Positions 22,101 to 37,100 of a DNA stretch of 64,000 nt are shown in pieces. The stretch covers positions 11,556,307 through 11,620,306 of the forward strand of contig CAJINV010000004.1 in the NCBI GenBank assembly GCA_905178155.1. The letters run 5' to 3'. This DNA is from Amoebophrya sp. A120 (taxonomy: Eukaryota > Protista > Dinoflagellata). The position numbers and the translations under genes are program-made. Each line of letters begins with the position of its first letter. Within the stretch, counting starts at the first letter, position 1. The notes under the pieces were generated by a model. That model saw only the letters and a program-made list of their open reading frames with translations, had not been told where the DNA came from and made no database searches.

Positions 22101-25100
22101 CCGGCTCGGCGCTTTGTGGCAATCGTTGAAGCAGACCATCTGGACCGCACCCGTGGCGCAGACGGACGTGACCAAACTAGAGACGACCTTCACGGAAGTG
22201 ACGCAGGGGGACATCGATGGTTACTCCGGCCGGTCTTGGAACGCCTGGTACACCTTACCGGTGGATGTGCACAGCAGTGCCGCCGCAGTGGACGTGAACG
22301 CGACGAACGAAACCGACACGAGTGCTGACGCAACGTATGCATTGCAAATATGTCTGAGTCTGGAAACCTGTGATGCTGAACTGAGCATGATTGACGCGCT
22401 TGCAATGGCAGCCAGGCATGACAAGTTTTAGAGACGCCTGCTGATGCCTACCACGCATCACAACTCGCGTTTTTGCGATGACAAAGCAAGCTCCTCTTTT
22501 GCTGCTCATGCAACACAGATTTTCCGAAAATGCAAGACACGCATCACAAGTTCCACTGTTCTAGACCCAGACATTTTTGCATTTCATACATCGTCTTCCA
22601 GTACAACTACGGAAGAAGTATCAACAGACGAGAATGCCACGAACGGAACCACAGTTGACGCGAATATCACCGCAGGCCCCTTGCTCGAGACCTGCACGCC
22701 GAGCACCAATTTCGGCACCACCATCAACGCGGTCCGCGACGGCTGTCTGTACGGGCACTTCGCGGGGGGGAATGGCGTGCACCAGAATGGGCTGGATCTG
22801 TTTTTGTCCATCACGAATTCCGACACACAATTCGACGCGGACAACACCGGCGCAAATGTGGACGGGACAACTGGCTGCCACGTCGGGGAGACGTACGCGA
22901 CGTACCAGATGGTAGTGGCGCAAGAGTCGGAGGTGAAGTTGTATATGGAAGTGGCAACGGAGTCGTCGACGGTCCCGAACGACGATTCCTTCTGCATCGA
23001 TCTCCCGTACGTAAACAAGACCACAACCTGGCCGGAGGTTTGGAACACGGGTTTTGGGTCGGTGGACCAAATCTTCCGCGAAAGAGTTGTTTCCCTGATA
23101 TGAATTGCAAAAATGTTTGGGTCTGGAAGATTGCGAGGTTTGTTATGCTGATCTGGCATGGCCCTTAAATCTGTACTGCGTGGTCATAAACAGCCTCTCT
23201 CGCCTGTCATGCAAAAACGCAGTTTCTCATGCGGAATACGCAGCACAGAAGCACGAAGCAACTTGTCATGCTTGGCGGCGCATTACAGTGCATTTGTTAT
23301 TGACTGACTTGCATCACAAGTTTCCAGACCCAGACATTTTTGCATTTCATACCTGAACCAGCAGGCGGATTCCGGCGGGATTTGGTCGGATGCGGACAAC
23401 GGAACGAGTTTCGTGTTGCCAGTTGGAACGCATAACCTCACAGTGCGCCCGAGGGAGGACGGGGCGAGGTTGTCGACCATCAGGATGGAGGTGCTGTCCG
23501 GCGACGCACAGTTCCAACTGATGGAAACGCTTTTCAACGAAACAGAGGTCAGGCCGGCCCTGAACTTCTGCCGGAACAACCAAAACTCGATTTTGACAAC
23601 GACAATAAACGCCGCTGCCGACGGGTGCTTGTTCGGAAAATTCACCGCAAAGACCTGGGTACCGGATGGATCCACTTATGTCTCGGTCGCAAACGCCGAC
23701 ACGGATTTTATCGAGTCCATCGTCGGTAATGACAGAACAACCGGCTGTAATGTGTGCAACCCGGCTAGTTCCATCGGGAACTGCTTCAAGACGGTGCCGC
23801 ACAACCGGGCCGAGTACCAAATCGTCGCGGTTGTGGACTCGAAGATAAAGATCCAGATGGAAGTCCAGCCCGAGGATAGCAGTAGTACCAACAAGCACCT
23901 CGACGACAGCTTCTGTTTGACCATCGCCGGCCCGGGGAGTGTCGATTTTAGTGATATCCCAAGTTCCTTCACGCTGTCCCCCTGGCACTGCGGGGGCGTC
24001 ACGACGTGGACGACGAAGGCGGTTTCGGTGCGCCAAACGCACACCGGTGACGAAAGCGTTGCGAGCGCCACCAGCTCCGATTTGGATACTGGCGGAACGG
24101 AGTGGACTTTGGCCGCGGGGGTCCACACGTTGGTGGTTTCGCCAAGGGAGAAGGGGGCGCAGCTGCGGGGAATCAGCATGACCGTCGTGTCAGGGAACGT
24201 CGGGTTCCAGCCCATAAGCATCGGGCCGTCGTATCCAAGTACGACGACAACCAGCACAACGAGCACAACGTCGACGAGTATGGCAGCTGGAAATTTGGTG
24301 GAATTTTTCTTTCCAAGTGCTGTCACGGAGAAGTTCGCGAGCTAATATCGTGCTTTGTTTTTGCGTGCAGTTTTGCTTCAAATAGAAATCAATACTGCGT
24401 CAAAAAGTAGTACATGTTGAACGTGAAAATTTCTATCCCAAAAATCCAATCTATGGTAAAATACCGAACCGAATTTCCAAACCTTCCATACCTTCCACCA
24501 CTACCCCACTGGACATCAACATTCTCTCCAGCGAGCCGGGGATTCTGAAAACCAACGTTCTCCCCGCTTTCAATCTGACCTTGATCCGGAACAACACCGT
24601 GTACCTTCCCGCCACCTCCGCCTGGGACACGTCCGACCGGATTTGGCCGACGCCGATCCAATATCAAATGCAAAAATGTCTGGGTCTGGAAGATTGCAGG
24701 AGGTTGTCATGCATCTTCTGGATCACGCAACTGGTCTCTAATGCACGCAAAAGCATTACAGGTTTTGCGCAGGCCTCCTGATGTCTATCCCGCATGAGAA
24801 ATTCCCTATTTGCGAAGAAAGAAATGGGAAGCTTTTGGTGCTTATGCAATACAAGTTTTTGCCTATTCCAGAATTCGCATGACAAGTTCCAACTCTTCCA
24901 GATCCAGACATTTTTGCATTTGATATCCAACGAGAGCTCGACCAGGTGAACCCCGACCCCACGATATCCCGTGTAAAAACATCCTCACCCCAGAGTTGTC
25001 ATGCAATTCTGCATGCCAAAAAAGTTTCTCATGCGGAGCCCTATGAGAAGAATTTTCTATTCGCGTTTTAGGATTTGTGATGCTAGGATCAGCATGCTGT

Positions 25101-28100
25101 GCTAGATCTGTGATGCTTCTGAGCCAGCTAAACAGGATCACACTACGAGGACAAACTTGTCATGCCAAACAACCAAAGCTGTGTGATTTGTCTAGCAGGT
25201 TTCCCATCTTGACTCTGGTGTGGGGACGTTTTTGATCAGGATACACGAAACCCTCGAAAACGCTCTCCGGGGGTGCGCGCGCGGACTTCAAGACCTTCGG
25301 ATTGGAGTCCCCGGTGCCCTCTGCCTTATTTGGGCAGTACGACCAAATCTACGATATCTGCTACTGCCACAAGGACTGCGACCACGCGACGAACTACTTC
25401 AAAGTGGGGAACGTGCAGCTCGCGAAGAAGATCGGGCTGGCGTCGCGGACGAAATCGGTGATCGACGCGAAAACGCTGAACGCGGTGCGCCAGGTGCAGG
25501 CGGCGGGCGCTTTGACGTTCTACGGCATGGTCTCGTCCCGGTTGAATAATCTGGACCCGCACGACACCGGCCCGTTTCGGAACACGGGGCTGTTTTACAT
25601 GCTTTCCTACGACGTGGAGAACATTCTCGACCCGGTTCCCGGGCAATCCTTTTACACCGCCTCGGAGTTGACCGTGGTGTCCCGGAAAACGGACGTGGCG
25701 GGGAAGACGACGATAGAACGGGCCTACGGGTTCGACCGGAGAATTCCGTCGGAAAATCTGTTCGCCAGCAGAATGAGTGAGGAGTGCCTATCCTGTGCAA
25801 AAGTATCGTACTCGTAGTAATTGCAATCATGCATGACAAACCTTTTTCTTAAGGTAAATCGGCATTACAAATTATATTTCTCATGCTGGGAAAATTTGTA
25901 ATGCATTTTTACGAGTACCTACGATACTTTTGCAAGCCATAGTGCCGGAAGAAGTACTACTCGCCGGACCTGATGGAGCAGGGGCCGAGTAACGACGTGT
26001 TCGTGAAGCAGTACGTTGTATCAAGTGCGAAAATGTCTGGGTCTGGAAGATTGCGAGATTTGTCATGCTGATCTGGCATGGCACTTAAATCTGTATTGCG
26101 TGGCCACAAACAGCCTCTCTCGCCTGTCATGCAAAAACGTAGTTTCTCATGCGGAATAGGCAGCACAGAAGCACGAAGTGGTGGCGCATTACAGTGCATT
26201 TGTTATTGACTGACTTGCATCACAAGTTTCCAGACCCAGACATTTTTGCATTTCATACGTCGCGATGAACCATAACAACGAGGACATGCAGTACTACGCG
26301 TTCACCGGTACTTCCCAGGATTTCCCGAGATCCGTTATCATGAAAAAGCCGGGGAACGTCCTGCTGTGTTACTGCGCGCGGCTGACGGACCAAAACGATT
26401 GCTTTGACACAAAATCCTGGATGTACATCAACCGGTTCATGGTCCAGGGCCCGGTGTTGCAACAGTTAAGGTTGCCGCGCGGGCGCACCGTCGGCGTGCA
26501 GTTGAAGGGCTTCGGCTTTCTCGGAACAGACACCTACCGGGTGATCGCGGCAACCAGGTCCTGCAGCGAGCGGGGCAATTTTCCGCCTGGGATCCAGACC
26601 TATTCCACAAACTGTCCGGGGACGTTCCCGAACGACTTGACCTGCGGGCCGCCGATCATCGACCACGATCTGCCGCTGTTCACAACGAGTTCTCAAGATC
26701 TAGGAATCATGATCACGGCGTTTGAGGTAACGCCGACGAACGTGACAATCACGTTTAACAGCAGTATTCAGGGCTTCCTCCGGGATGACGACATGCTGCT
26801 GATTGACCACACGTCGGTCGGCACAAACGGGCGAAAAGCGACCGACTTGACCTGGACAAAACGGGACGAGGACGAAACGCTCAAGGTTTGCGGAAAGGGG
26901 AAATACTTGGACACGAACGAAGCCTACAACATCGGGATCCGGGCGAGAATAAAACGCAGGATCAGCACCAGCACCGGGGAGATCCGGCTGGATTACACAA
27001 AGATGACACTCTATCCCACGAAAAAACTGTTTCACTGTGGTGATTTTGCAAGATCTGCATCACAAGTTTGTTACACATGACACGGAAAATTTGCCATGCG
27101 CGCTTTCCATGGGAAAACACGCTTGAAAATCCAATGTCTTGCAGGTGTAGCAAGACAAACACTTTGGTGCTTCGTCCTCTGCATCACAAGTTCACAGTGA
27201 AACAGTTTTTTCTTGCGATACACTCGCTGTCTCGGCTTCCGAGGGGGAGTCACCGACCAGAACCTTCGAAGTTCTGTCCTCCGAGGGGGTGTCCTGGCGG
27301 GTGACGAACCGCGCGCGGACGGAGTATTTCTTGAAATCGACCATCGTCCAAGCGGGGCTGAAGCTCTGCTGGGGGGTTCTAGACTCCACGACTGCTTCGC
27401 AAAAGTACTACGCGCCGGCTGCAGAGCTCGATTTCTACACGCCCCCGCAGGGCATTTTCGAGATTTACCCGATTTCGGCGAAGTCGTTTCAAATTCAGCC
27501 GGTCGTGATGGCCTGGTTCCCGATTGCAACCGCGAAATTCGGGACGCAGTTCCCGGATTCTGGGGCGACGATGTTGACGTTCCGGTTCACCAACGTCGAG
27601 GAGTACATGGCGCCGTTGGGGCCGTTCGATCCAGACCGCGCGGGGGAGGACAGCATGAACATGGGATTGTCGAACCCGACGAGCTATGTCACCATGAAGG
27701 ACGCGAGTCAGGCGATCTGCGGGTACCTTTTCATGGAGCTGTACAGCAACGACGCTGATGGGTTTCCCCCTCCGAAGGGGTGCTTCTACGGGCCGGTGAT
27801 GCAGGACAAAGGGGTTTTGCAAAACGGGCAGAACATGGAGCCGCGGTACCGCGACATCCACATGCTGTTCGAGCCTTACCAATTGAAAGGCTGGTGCGTC
27901 CACGAGTCTCTGAACGTGCAGGGCGTGCTGACCTACACGCCGCTCTATCAAGCGCAAAAATGTCTGGGTCTGGAAGAGTGTAAACTTGTCATGCAGGTTT
28001 TTTATGATCCATGTCGTCTGGAATGCAGGACCTAGCATGACAGACATTCTGTGAGATCCCTATCATGCCTATCCTGCATGAGAAACCGCCTCCCAACTTG

Positions 28101-31100
28101 GTCGAAAGTGGACAGCGTTTGGCACTCAGGCAACACAGATTTTTGTATGCTTGAGATTTACCATGACAAGTTTTTACCACCTTCCAGACATCCAGGGATA
28201 TTTGCGATTCATACGCTCCGCTGCGAGTACCAGTTCGTGATCAACGCCCGGCAGCAGCAGATCCGATTGGCCGATCCGAAGGTGGTATGGATTGCAAAAA
28301 TGTCTGGGTCTGGAAGAATGCAAGATTTGTCATGCATATTTCTCATGACCCATGATGCCTGTAATGCATGGCCTAGCATCGCAGACTTTTAGAGGGCTTC
28401 CCGATGCACCTGCTTCCGCATGAGAAATGCCCTATCCGTGTAGCACAAATGGTACCCCTCTTGCTGGTCATGCAATACAAACTTTTCTAGAGTTCAAAAA
28501 CAGCATGACAAGTTGCAACCTTCCAGACCCAGACATTTTTGCATTTGATAGGTGGTAGCGGTGGAACTGTCCGTGACCTGTGTGCCCTCGTTGACGTTGC
28601 CGCAGGGCATCGTGGACATCACGGGGAATATCCCCTTTGGAAGACTCTACGACGGGTTCACGGAGGAAGAGCAGGCGAAGTGCGGTGGCGAGGAGTTCTA
28701 CACGTATGAAGTCGGCTATGAAACTGCACAACTCCCCCTCCCCCTCATTTGGATGGCATCCGTAGCAACACAAGTCCTGGCACAGTTGCAGCTTTTGCAT
28801 GACAAATTTACGACTGATTGTAGTGCTGTTTCGGCTTCGGGAATCTGTCATGCATAGTAGTGGCAAAGGGCAGAGGGGGGCTTTGGTGTTTTGCATGAGA
28901 AATGAGAACGAGGGGGAGTTGTGCGGTGTCATATCGGCTCGGGCGCTTTGGGGTTGTACGCGGAGACGCGGGAGGTATCAAATGTAAAAATGTCTGGGTC
29001 TGGAAGGGTTGGAACTTGTGATGCGAACTCTGGAACACACAAAAATTTGTGTTGCATGAGCGCCAAAAGCTGTCCATTTCTTGGCACGCAAGTAGGAAGT
29101 TTCTCATGCGGGACAGGCATCATGAGGCGTGCTTAAAACCTGTGATGCTTTTGCCTGCATCAGACGCCACTTGCGTGATCCGAAATATGCATGACAAATC
29201 TCAGAATTTTCCAGACCCAGACATTTTTACATTTGATAGGAGGGTCCGCAGTACGACTCGATTCCGGGGATCGGGACGGGAAGGAAGGACCGGGAGCTGC
29301 AGCGGATGCGGATTTTGGACCGGCCGCCGCCAGATTTTGGGACGGATGTGCAGGACCAGTTTGAGAATCTAGTGCTCGGGTACCAGCACGGCCTGATCAA
29401 AGACATCAACAGACCCATGCCAAATCCATTGGTCACGGTGGGGACGGTATAATTTCGTGTGGTCTCTCACAGTTTATGAAAAGTTTTTTCGCTCGAGAGT
29501 CTTCGTTTCTCTGCGTGACAGGTGTTGATTGGATTTCATCTGTCTTTTGTACTTTAGAATTCTTGAAATTATTTTCACAGTTGAAAGAAGAATCTGCCGA
29601 CGAGTCTTCCGTGCACGAGACCCTCCTCCGCAACCACCCGATCTTCTACTTCCACGATCCGGACTTGAAAACCTTATCAAGTGCAAATATGTCTGGGTCT
29701 GGAAGAGTGCAAGGCTTGTCATGCACATTTTGCATGACTCCTGATGTCTGTGATGCATGCCCTAGCGTCACAGATTTTGCGAGGGTTTCCTGATGCCTAG
29801 ACCGCATGAGAAATGCGCTCTCGCCGTGGCAAAAACTGGACCGCTTTTGCTGTTCATGCAATACAGATTTATCTGGAATCCAACTCCAGCATGACAAGTT
29901 GCGTCCTTCCAGACCCAGACACATTTGCGATTGATAAACCTACGACCTGTACGACCGGCACTTCCTGCGGCGGTTGAACCTTCTGGAGCCGTTATGCAAG
30001 AAAAAAAGTGTGTAAGTGTAACTTTGTCTTGCAGATGTTGCAATACAGTTACACTTGTCATGTCGGATATGCGTCAGAGGCTATTTCAATACGTGTTTTC
30101 GCTTACTAGCTACGCATGACAGGAGGTTTTCTGTCATGCAAAACAAATCTGTGATGCTGTTCCTGCAAAAAAGTTACACTTACACAGTTTTTTTCTTGGA
30201 TAGCCGTACGAAACCGAACTTCAGCTGGATGACGGGCCAAACGTGGACACGGGCCAGAAATTGTGGGACTTGATCGGCCTGTTGGAGCAATACCTCCCCT
30301 CGGAGGACGGCGCGTTGTGGTGGTCGGGAAAAATTTTCGTGGACACGGTAGACGTGGAAACGAAAACGAACCCCCAGGGGGAGGTTTATCAGGAGATCGA
30401 CGTGGATAGCTCGGAGCACATCGGGTCGACGGAGCAAGATGTCGTGGTGTCGTTTCACGTGCCCGACCCGATCCGGGACATTGAGGGGAAGTCGGGGAAA
30501 CTGGAGGTGGAGGTGTTAGCGCCCCACATGTACGAGTTTTCGACCCAATGTCTGGTGTCGCAGGAGTCCATGGTGGCCAGCATCGAGGCCGATGGGACCA
30601 CGATCTTCTACCCACAGAACATGACGAGAGTGGACGCGAAGATTTTGAACGCCATACCCTGGCCGACGACGACCACGACCACGACGATTATGAGGTGGAA
30701 ATTTTGGGTCGGATAAATCGATGGCATGCAGAGCCAGCGATCGGGAAAGGAAAAGAACAGCATGGTCTGCTATGTACTAAAAATCCTGCATGTAGTTTGT
30801 GCGAATTGAGTCTGTTTCTGTTATGTTCAAGTTGTCGTTTTGGAACGGCAGTTCTCTTCATCGCATGTCAACAAATTTTCTCACCGGCTCATGATTTATC
30901 CTCCTCCATATCCCCCACCAGCACGTTCACCACCACCACGACCACCGCTTTGATTACAACGACAACCACCACATATCCTGTGCAAAAGTATCGTACTCGT
31001 ATAAATGCATGACAAATTTCCTCAGCATGAGAGATAAAATTTGTAATGCGGACGTGCCTTAAAAAAAGATTTGTAATGCAAGACTTGCATTTATACGAGT

Positions 31101-34100
31101 GCGATACTTTTGCAATGCATACCACAACCTCCACGACAACCTCCACCAGCTCCACCACGAGCACCACTACCTCTTATGCACTGCAAAGATGTCTGGGTCT
31201 GGAAGGTTGGAACTTGTCATGCTAAATCTGAAGCATGCGAAAATCTGTGTTGCATGATTCCCAAATGCTGCCCAATTTTGATCAAATTGAGAGGCAGTTT
31301 CTCATGCAGGATAGGCATGATAGTGATCTCACGGAATCTGTCATGCTAGGTCTTCCGTTACAGATCATATGGGTCATGGAAAACCCGCAAGACAAGTCTA
31401 GCAAAGTTCCAGACCCAGACATATTTGCATTTGATACCTCCACTTCCAGCACGACCTCCACCACCACCGGCACCACGACCACGTCCACGACGTCCACTTC
31501 AACCACCACCACCACAGTGCCGCCCTACTACGTGTGGCGCATGGACTACCCGCCAGGGGTAGACTGCAGCACGACGGCCTTGCAAGCCACGTCGAATTGT
31601 ACGCAGGTGAACCATATCAAATGCAAAAGTGTCTGGGTCTGGGAGATTGCGAGACTTGTCATGCTAGTCTGGTATGACTCGAGAATCTGTGTTGCATAGG
31701 CACGAAAAAGCCCTCTTACCTGTCATGCAAAAACGCAGTTTGCCATACCATGCGGAATACGTAAGACATGGCAGCCAAAAAATTTGTAATGCATAGCTGC
31801 GTATTCTTGCAGTGCGTCTATCATTCATTTTTAGCATTGCAAGTTTCCGACCCAAACATATTTGCAATCCATAAACCAGACGGTGATTCACCCGTACTAC
31901 CTGACGACGAGCACGACCAGCACGACGACCACAACCTCGACGACCACGAGTTCCACGACGAGCACGTCGACCACGACCTCCAGCTCGACGACAACCACAA
32001 CCGTTTCAACCACGACCACGACGCCGAACTTCTTCATGTTCACGTCCTGTGTCGGGGACGGGAAAAAAGCATCCTTGACCACGAACCAAGACCTGGGCGT
32101 GAGCTTCTTCCAGGGGTTTTACCTCACTATGGTTCTGAAAGTGAAGCACCCCATGTATCACAGCAAGGACGCAAGGCTGAACCGGTGGTATGTGAATTTA
32201 AAAACCGGCAATTCCACGTTGCTCGTCGGCGCCATCGCCGGCTACCCCCTGATCCAGGGACAGGCCTCCGGTGGGTTCACAACCAGCACCACCACCACAA
32301 CCGGTTGGTACGGGAAAGCGCCGAGTTTGGTCACGAAAATATACGCGGCGATCATGACCGAATTAAACACGAAGATGATGCAGGACCCCGGTTCGTTTTC
32401 GATGCTTCTCGGACCTAATGCCGCTTCCTTATCGTTAGCCGGGCGGGAGCACGACATGCTCGCCAAAAAAGCGTTGGAGGACGCGATTAACAGTGTTCCC
32501 GAAGCGGACAAACTGCTCTACGCACCGAACTGGGCCAACATGACGCAGTTTTCCTTCTACGAGCGGATCGCGTACCTGCTGTTTAAGAACGTGAAGGCGG
32601 ACAAGACGACGAGGTTTTACTACGATCGGGAAATCGTGTTAAGAAACGTCTCGGAGCATGTGGACAGTGGACTGCTGTCGGATTTGGAGCACAAGACGAA
32701 ATTTGGGCTGTCGTTGCAGGAACTGGGAAACGTGGAAATCCTCATGGTGGACAACAACGGCGGGGTGCGCGCGGTCGCCACGACGACGACCACCACGACC
32801 ACGATATTCGGACTGGAAACCACAACAACGACGATCGCACCGGATGCGCCGTATCCCAACAAAGGTAGAAGTGGATTTTGTCTATGCTGCTGGTTGTTTA
32901 TTTGCGTATTATTGGGATAGACAAGGTGCAGCTGTTTGCCGGCCAGTAGCTTCTGACTGATTTTCGTAAAGTCAAAGTGAGAAATCAAAACTGCACAGAT
33001 ATGCTCCTGACCAAGCCCAACTACTTTCCGGAGAATTTGAAGCACGAGAACATCATGGTCCCGCTATCAAAAGGAAAAATCCCCCTTCCCCATACCAAAA
33101 AGGGGCACTTCTGAAAATTTGTGATGCTGATTCGTGACCACAAATCGTCCCTGTATTGCAAGACGGCAAAGCCAGAGAATCAGCTGCGTTTCGCAGGCAC
33201 TTTGTAATGCTGTATCGCCTACAGAGGATATGCCTGCCTTGCTAGGTGCCTACAGCAAAACGCCCCTACGCAGGCGTTGCATCTGCCTGCAGTCCTCTAC
33301 TGCCAGACAGATTGGATTTGTGTAGTACACAGATCCCGCATCACAGATTTCGGTTTTGATAGGGGGGGGGATTTTTCCTTGTGATACCCGCTGGAGGCGG
33401 TGGCCAGCAATCAGCCCACCGTGGACTACCTCTTTGGCTACCGGTACCACACCGACGGGGAAGAGGGGTACCTGGCGCAAGCGGAGAACCTGCGGAAAAT
33501 CATCTACCGAAACGTATGACTTGCTCAAACGTTACAATCTCAAACGTTACAATAGAATCTGGAATTTGTGTTGCATGATGGGCATGACAGACTCGCACAG
33601 CGTTCCACCTTTTGCAATACAAATTTTCCCAGATTGTAGTGGGGTTTGGAGCTCCGGAACTTGTCATGCGCAACCCTATGAGAGTTGGCTAGATCATGCT
33701 CATCATGCAAGACAAATCTCAGATTCTATTGTAACGTTTGAGATTGTAACACCTGAGCGGGTTATAAAACGACCCCCGGTACGGTGTGATGAACGTGATC
33801 AACGACCCGCGGAACGTGGAGCACAACACGACGAAGGTCTACGCCGCCTGCACCAGTCAGAACCACACCTACATGCTGTCGGATTTCCTGAATGTCTCCT
33901 TCCTGTTGGGGAAGGTCCCGGACTGGAATCGGCAATTCGTCGCTGGCCCGACGCAGATGTTCCAGAATGAGGTCGAGTTGGATCTGATGACGCTGTACTA
34001 CACGAACTACTCCAGCAATTGGGACACGATGCTGCTGAAAAACTACCTAGATAAGGACAACAAGGAAATTTTCGGCCTCCCGAAGCTGCTCGACGTCTGT

Positions 34101-37100
34101 TTGTATAAAAATCACGTGCCGCCTATGGGTGTGTCAGGATCGAAATTGTCAAAGTTGAAATTTGTAATGCAAAAAATGCATGACGCGAGGCACGTGTGTT
34201 GCAGAGCAGGCAAGTGAGGCCGATGGTAAGCCTGTTTTGGGTTAGAGCTCAAGCTGCTAAAGTAACATGAGAAAATCAGTCTTCTTTGGCCAAACAGCAT
34301 TACAAACTGGATTTCAGTTCTACCCAAATTTGTCATGCGCCACTTGGAAACTGGGTTCCAACTGGCATCCATTTTATGCATGGCAAACCATCAATCCTGA
34401 CAGTTCCATACCGCCCAACACCCTCGACCGGGGGTTCGGGTCCGGGAACGGCGTATGGATTGCAAATATGTCTTGGTGTGGAAGAGTGGAACTTGTAATG
34501 CTGTCTGCGGATTCTAAAAATGTCTGTGTTGCATGAGCAGCAAGAGGAGTCAGCTCTTGGCGCGCAGAGAGGGCATTTCTCATGCGTAATTAGCATCAAG
34601 AAGCTCTCAAAAAATCTGTGATGCTAGCACCAGCATCACAGACCTCACGGGTCATGCAAAATGTGCATGACAAGCCCCAACTCTTCCAGACCCAGACACT
34701 TTTGCAGTTGATACGGCGGCGCGCAGTACGACATCGTGAACCAGAAGCCCTACCGGGACGGGCCGGCGATCCAGCCGCAGTTCTACAAATCTGCGCTCCG
34801 GTATGGAACTGTCAGGATTGAAATCGTCAAAGTTGAAATAGTTTGTCATGCATAAAATGCAACGCAAAATCGCCTCTGTTGCAGAGGACGCAAGGGAGGC
34901 AGATTGTAAGCCTGTTGAGGAGTAGAAATAGAGCTGCTAAAGGAGCATGGCAAATGGCGTCTTCCTTACCCAAACAGCATTACAAACTGGCTTTCGGTTT
35001 TCTCCAAATTTGTAATGCGCCACTTGGGAACTGCATTACAACTGGCATCCATGTTATGCATGACAAATCAGTTCAACTTTGTCGATTTCGTTCCTGACAG
35101 TTCCATATCCGGCCGAGCGGGAAGGTGTACGGGCCGTTGAACACGGTGGACATCATATCCTGAGTGAAAATGTCCCCACCCCAGAGTTGTCATGCAGATT
35201 TGCGATTACAGGAAGATTTGTAATGCGCATCTCCATGAGAGGCCTTGCCAATCTATTGTGTTTTGGAATTTGTAATGCTGCAAACAGGATAAGCAGATGG
35301 ATTTGTGATGCGGTTGTCCTTGCTAACATGCACTACACTACGGACTGCAACTTGTCATGCGTGGCTCCCAAAAGTTCTGGACTTGTGTTGCTAAGTTCCC
35401 AACTTGAATATGAGGTGGGGACATTTTTACATATGATACATCAACTACGACCGCAATGCGAAGTTCGAGACGGAAATCTACCTCCGACTGTATAACATGG
35501 AGGGCCGGGACCCGATCCAGGCCGAAACGCGGTTCCGGATCATTTTCTTCCCGTTGACCTTCTGGTACTTCGACAAGTGCGAGTGGGAATGCTTGCCGGA
35601 CCATTCCGCCGGGAAGGAGTGCCGGACGGAGATCGTGAACGAGAAACTGTTCCGGAATCTAGAGGCGTTGGTGCCGACCTCCCCGGAGTTGACCAGGAGG
35701 GTGAACATTATGGTCATCGGGTTGCCGAAACTGATGAACCCGATCAACGGGGGCGACCCCTCGCCGGTGATTAAACTCAAGGAAGTTATCAAATGCAAAT
35801 ATGTCTGGGTCTGGAAGAATGCAACTTGTGATGCTGCGTCTGGATTCCAAAAGAATTTGTACTGCATGAGCAGCAAAGAGAATGCAACTTTTGCTACGCG
35901 GACAGAGGATTTGTCATGCGAAATAGGCATCAAGAAGCTTTCAAAAAATCTGTGATGCTAGGGCATGCATCACAGACATCATGGCTCACGCAAAACGTGC
36001 ATGACAACGACAAGTCTCAGAATCTTCCGGACCCAGACACTTTTGCACTTGATAGAAGTCCGGGTTCCGCAGTACGGATTTGCGCCGCAGAAACTCGGGA
36101 TTGAGATGATCGACGCGGATGGGCGCCGGCCGAACTTGATCTTTTCCGACCGGTTTTTATCGCTGAAAACGGCGTTTTACACCAACACCAAAATCTTAGT
36201 CCAGGGCGCCTTGGGGTACGGGCCGAAGCCGTTTGTGCGGGAGCAGAACAACATGCTGTTGTTGATGCAGTTGGGAGCGTTCATGCGATCCGGGAAAGAC
36301 CCAGTGCTAAAAGACGTCCACCCAGACACCTACACGACCGAGGCGCCGGACGTCAACGCGACGGAAGCGGAGGTGGGGGAATTTTCCACGACGGTGGCGC
36401 CGACGCACGACTTAGGGCTGGGGAGATTGGGGAACGTGACCTACAGCACGCTGATTGAGTGCGAAGACTACGACCCGGAATACTCTTCGGTCTTGCAAAT
36501 CGTTTTACCGGAAGGGTACGTCTGCGATCTGGACCGGACGAACGACTGGAAGTCGCACGGGATTTTCAACATCAACGTGGACGAGAACGGGTTTTACAAG
36601 GACTATGTCGTCACCGAGTTACCGGACGAGAAGTCCGGGTTCTGGTGCGCGGGGCTAACCAACGTGTGCACGTACTTTTTCCGGAAATTCGTCTCCCTGT
36701 ATCCAGGGCAGAAATACTGGATCCCGCTCCTGGTCAGCAACCCGATCACGGAAATGTACCGGTCGCAGTACAACGGGATTAACTTCTACCAGATTCACTT
36801 CCAATGGACCAGTGAGTTCTTCGAAGTTTCGGAATGCGTCTACGATCCGGACCCGGTTTCGCACCAGAGACAGATGATCTGGACGAAAGATGTCGGCTTG
36901 CTGTCCGTCGCCGGACCAGACCCCATGGGCGCGGTGGACACCAGTGAGCGGACGATGTGCGACTACTACGGCGCGTTAGACGGGGAGGACTTCAATAAGC
37001 AATGCACGGGGTCCCGGCTGAACAAAACCAGCTTGGCGGACATGCTGGTCAAATCCGACTACTACTGCGCGAAAAACTCCTTCGGGCAAACAGAAAGGGA

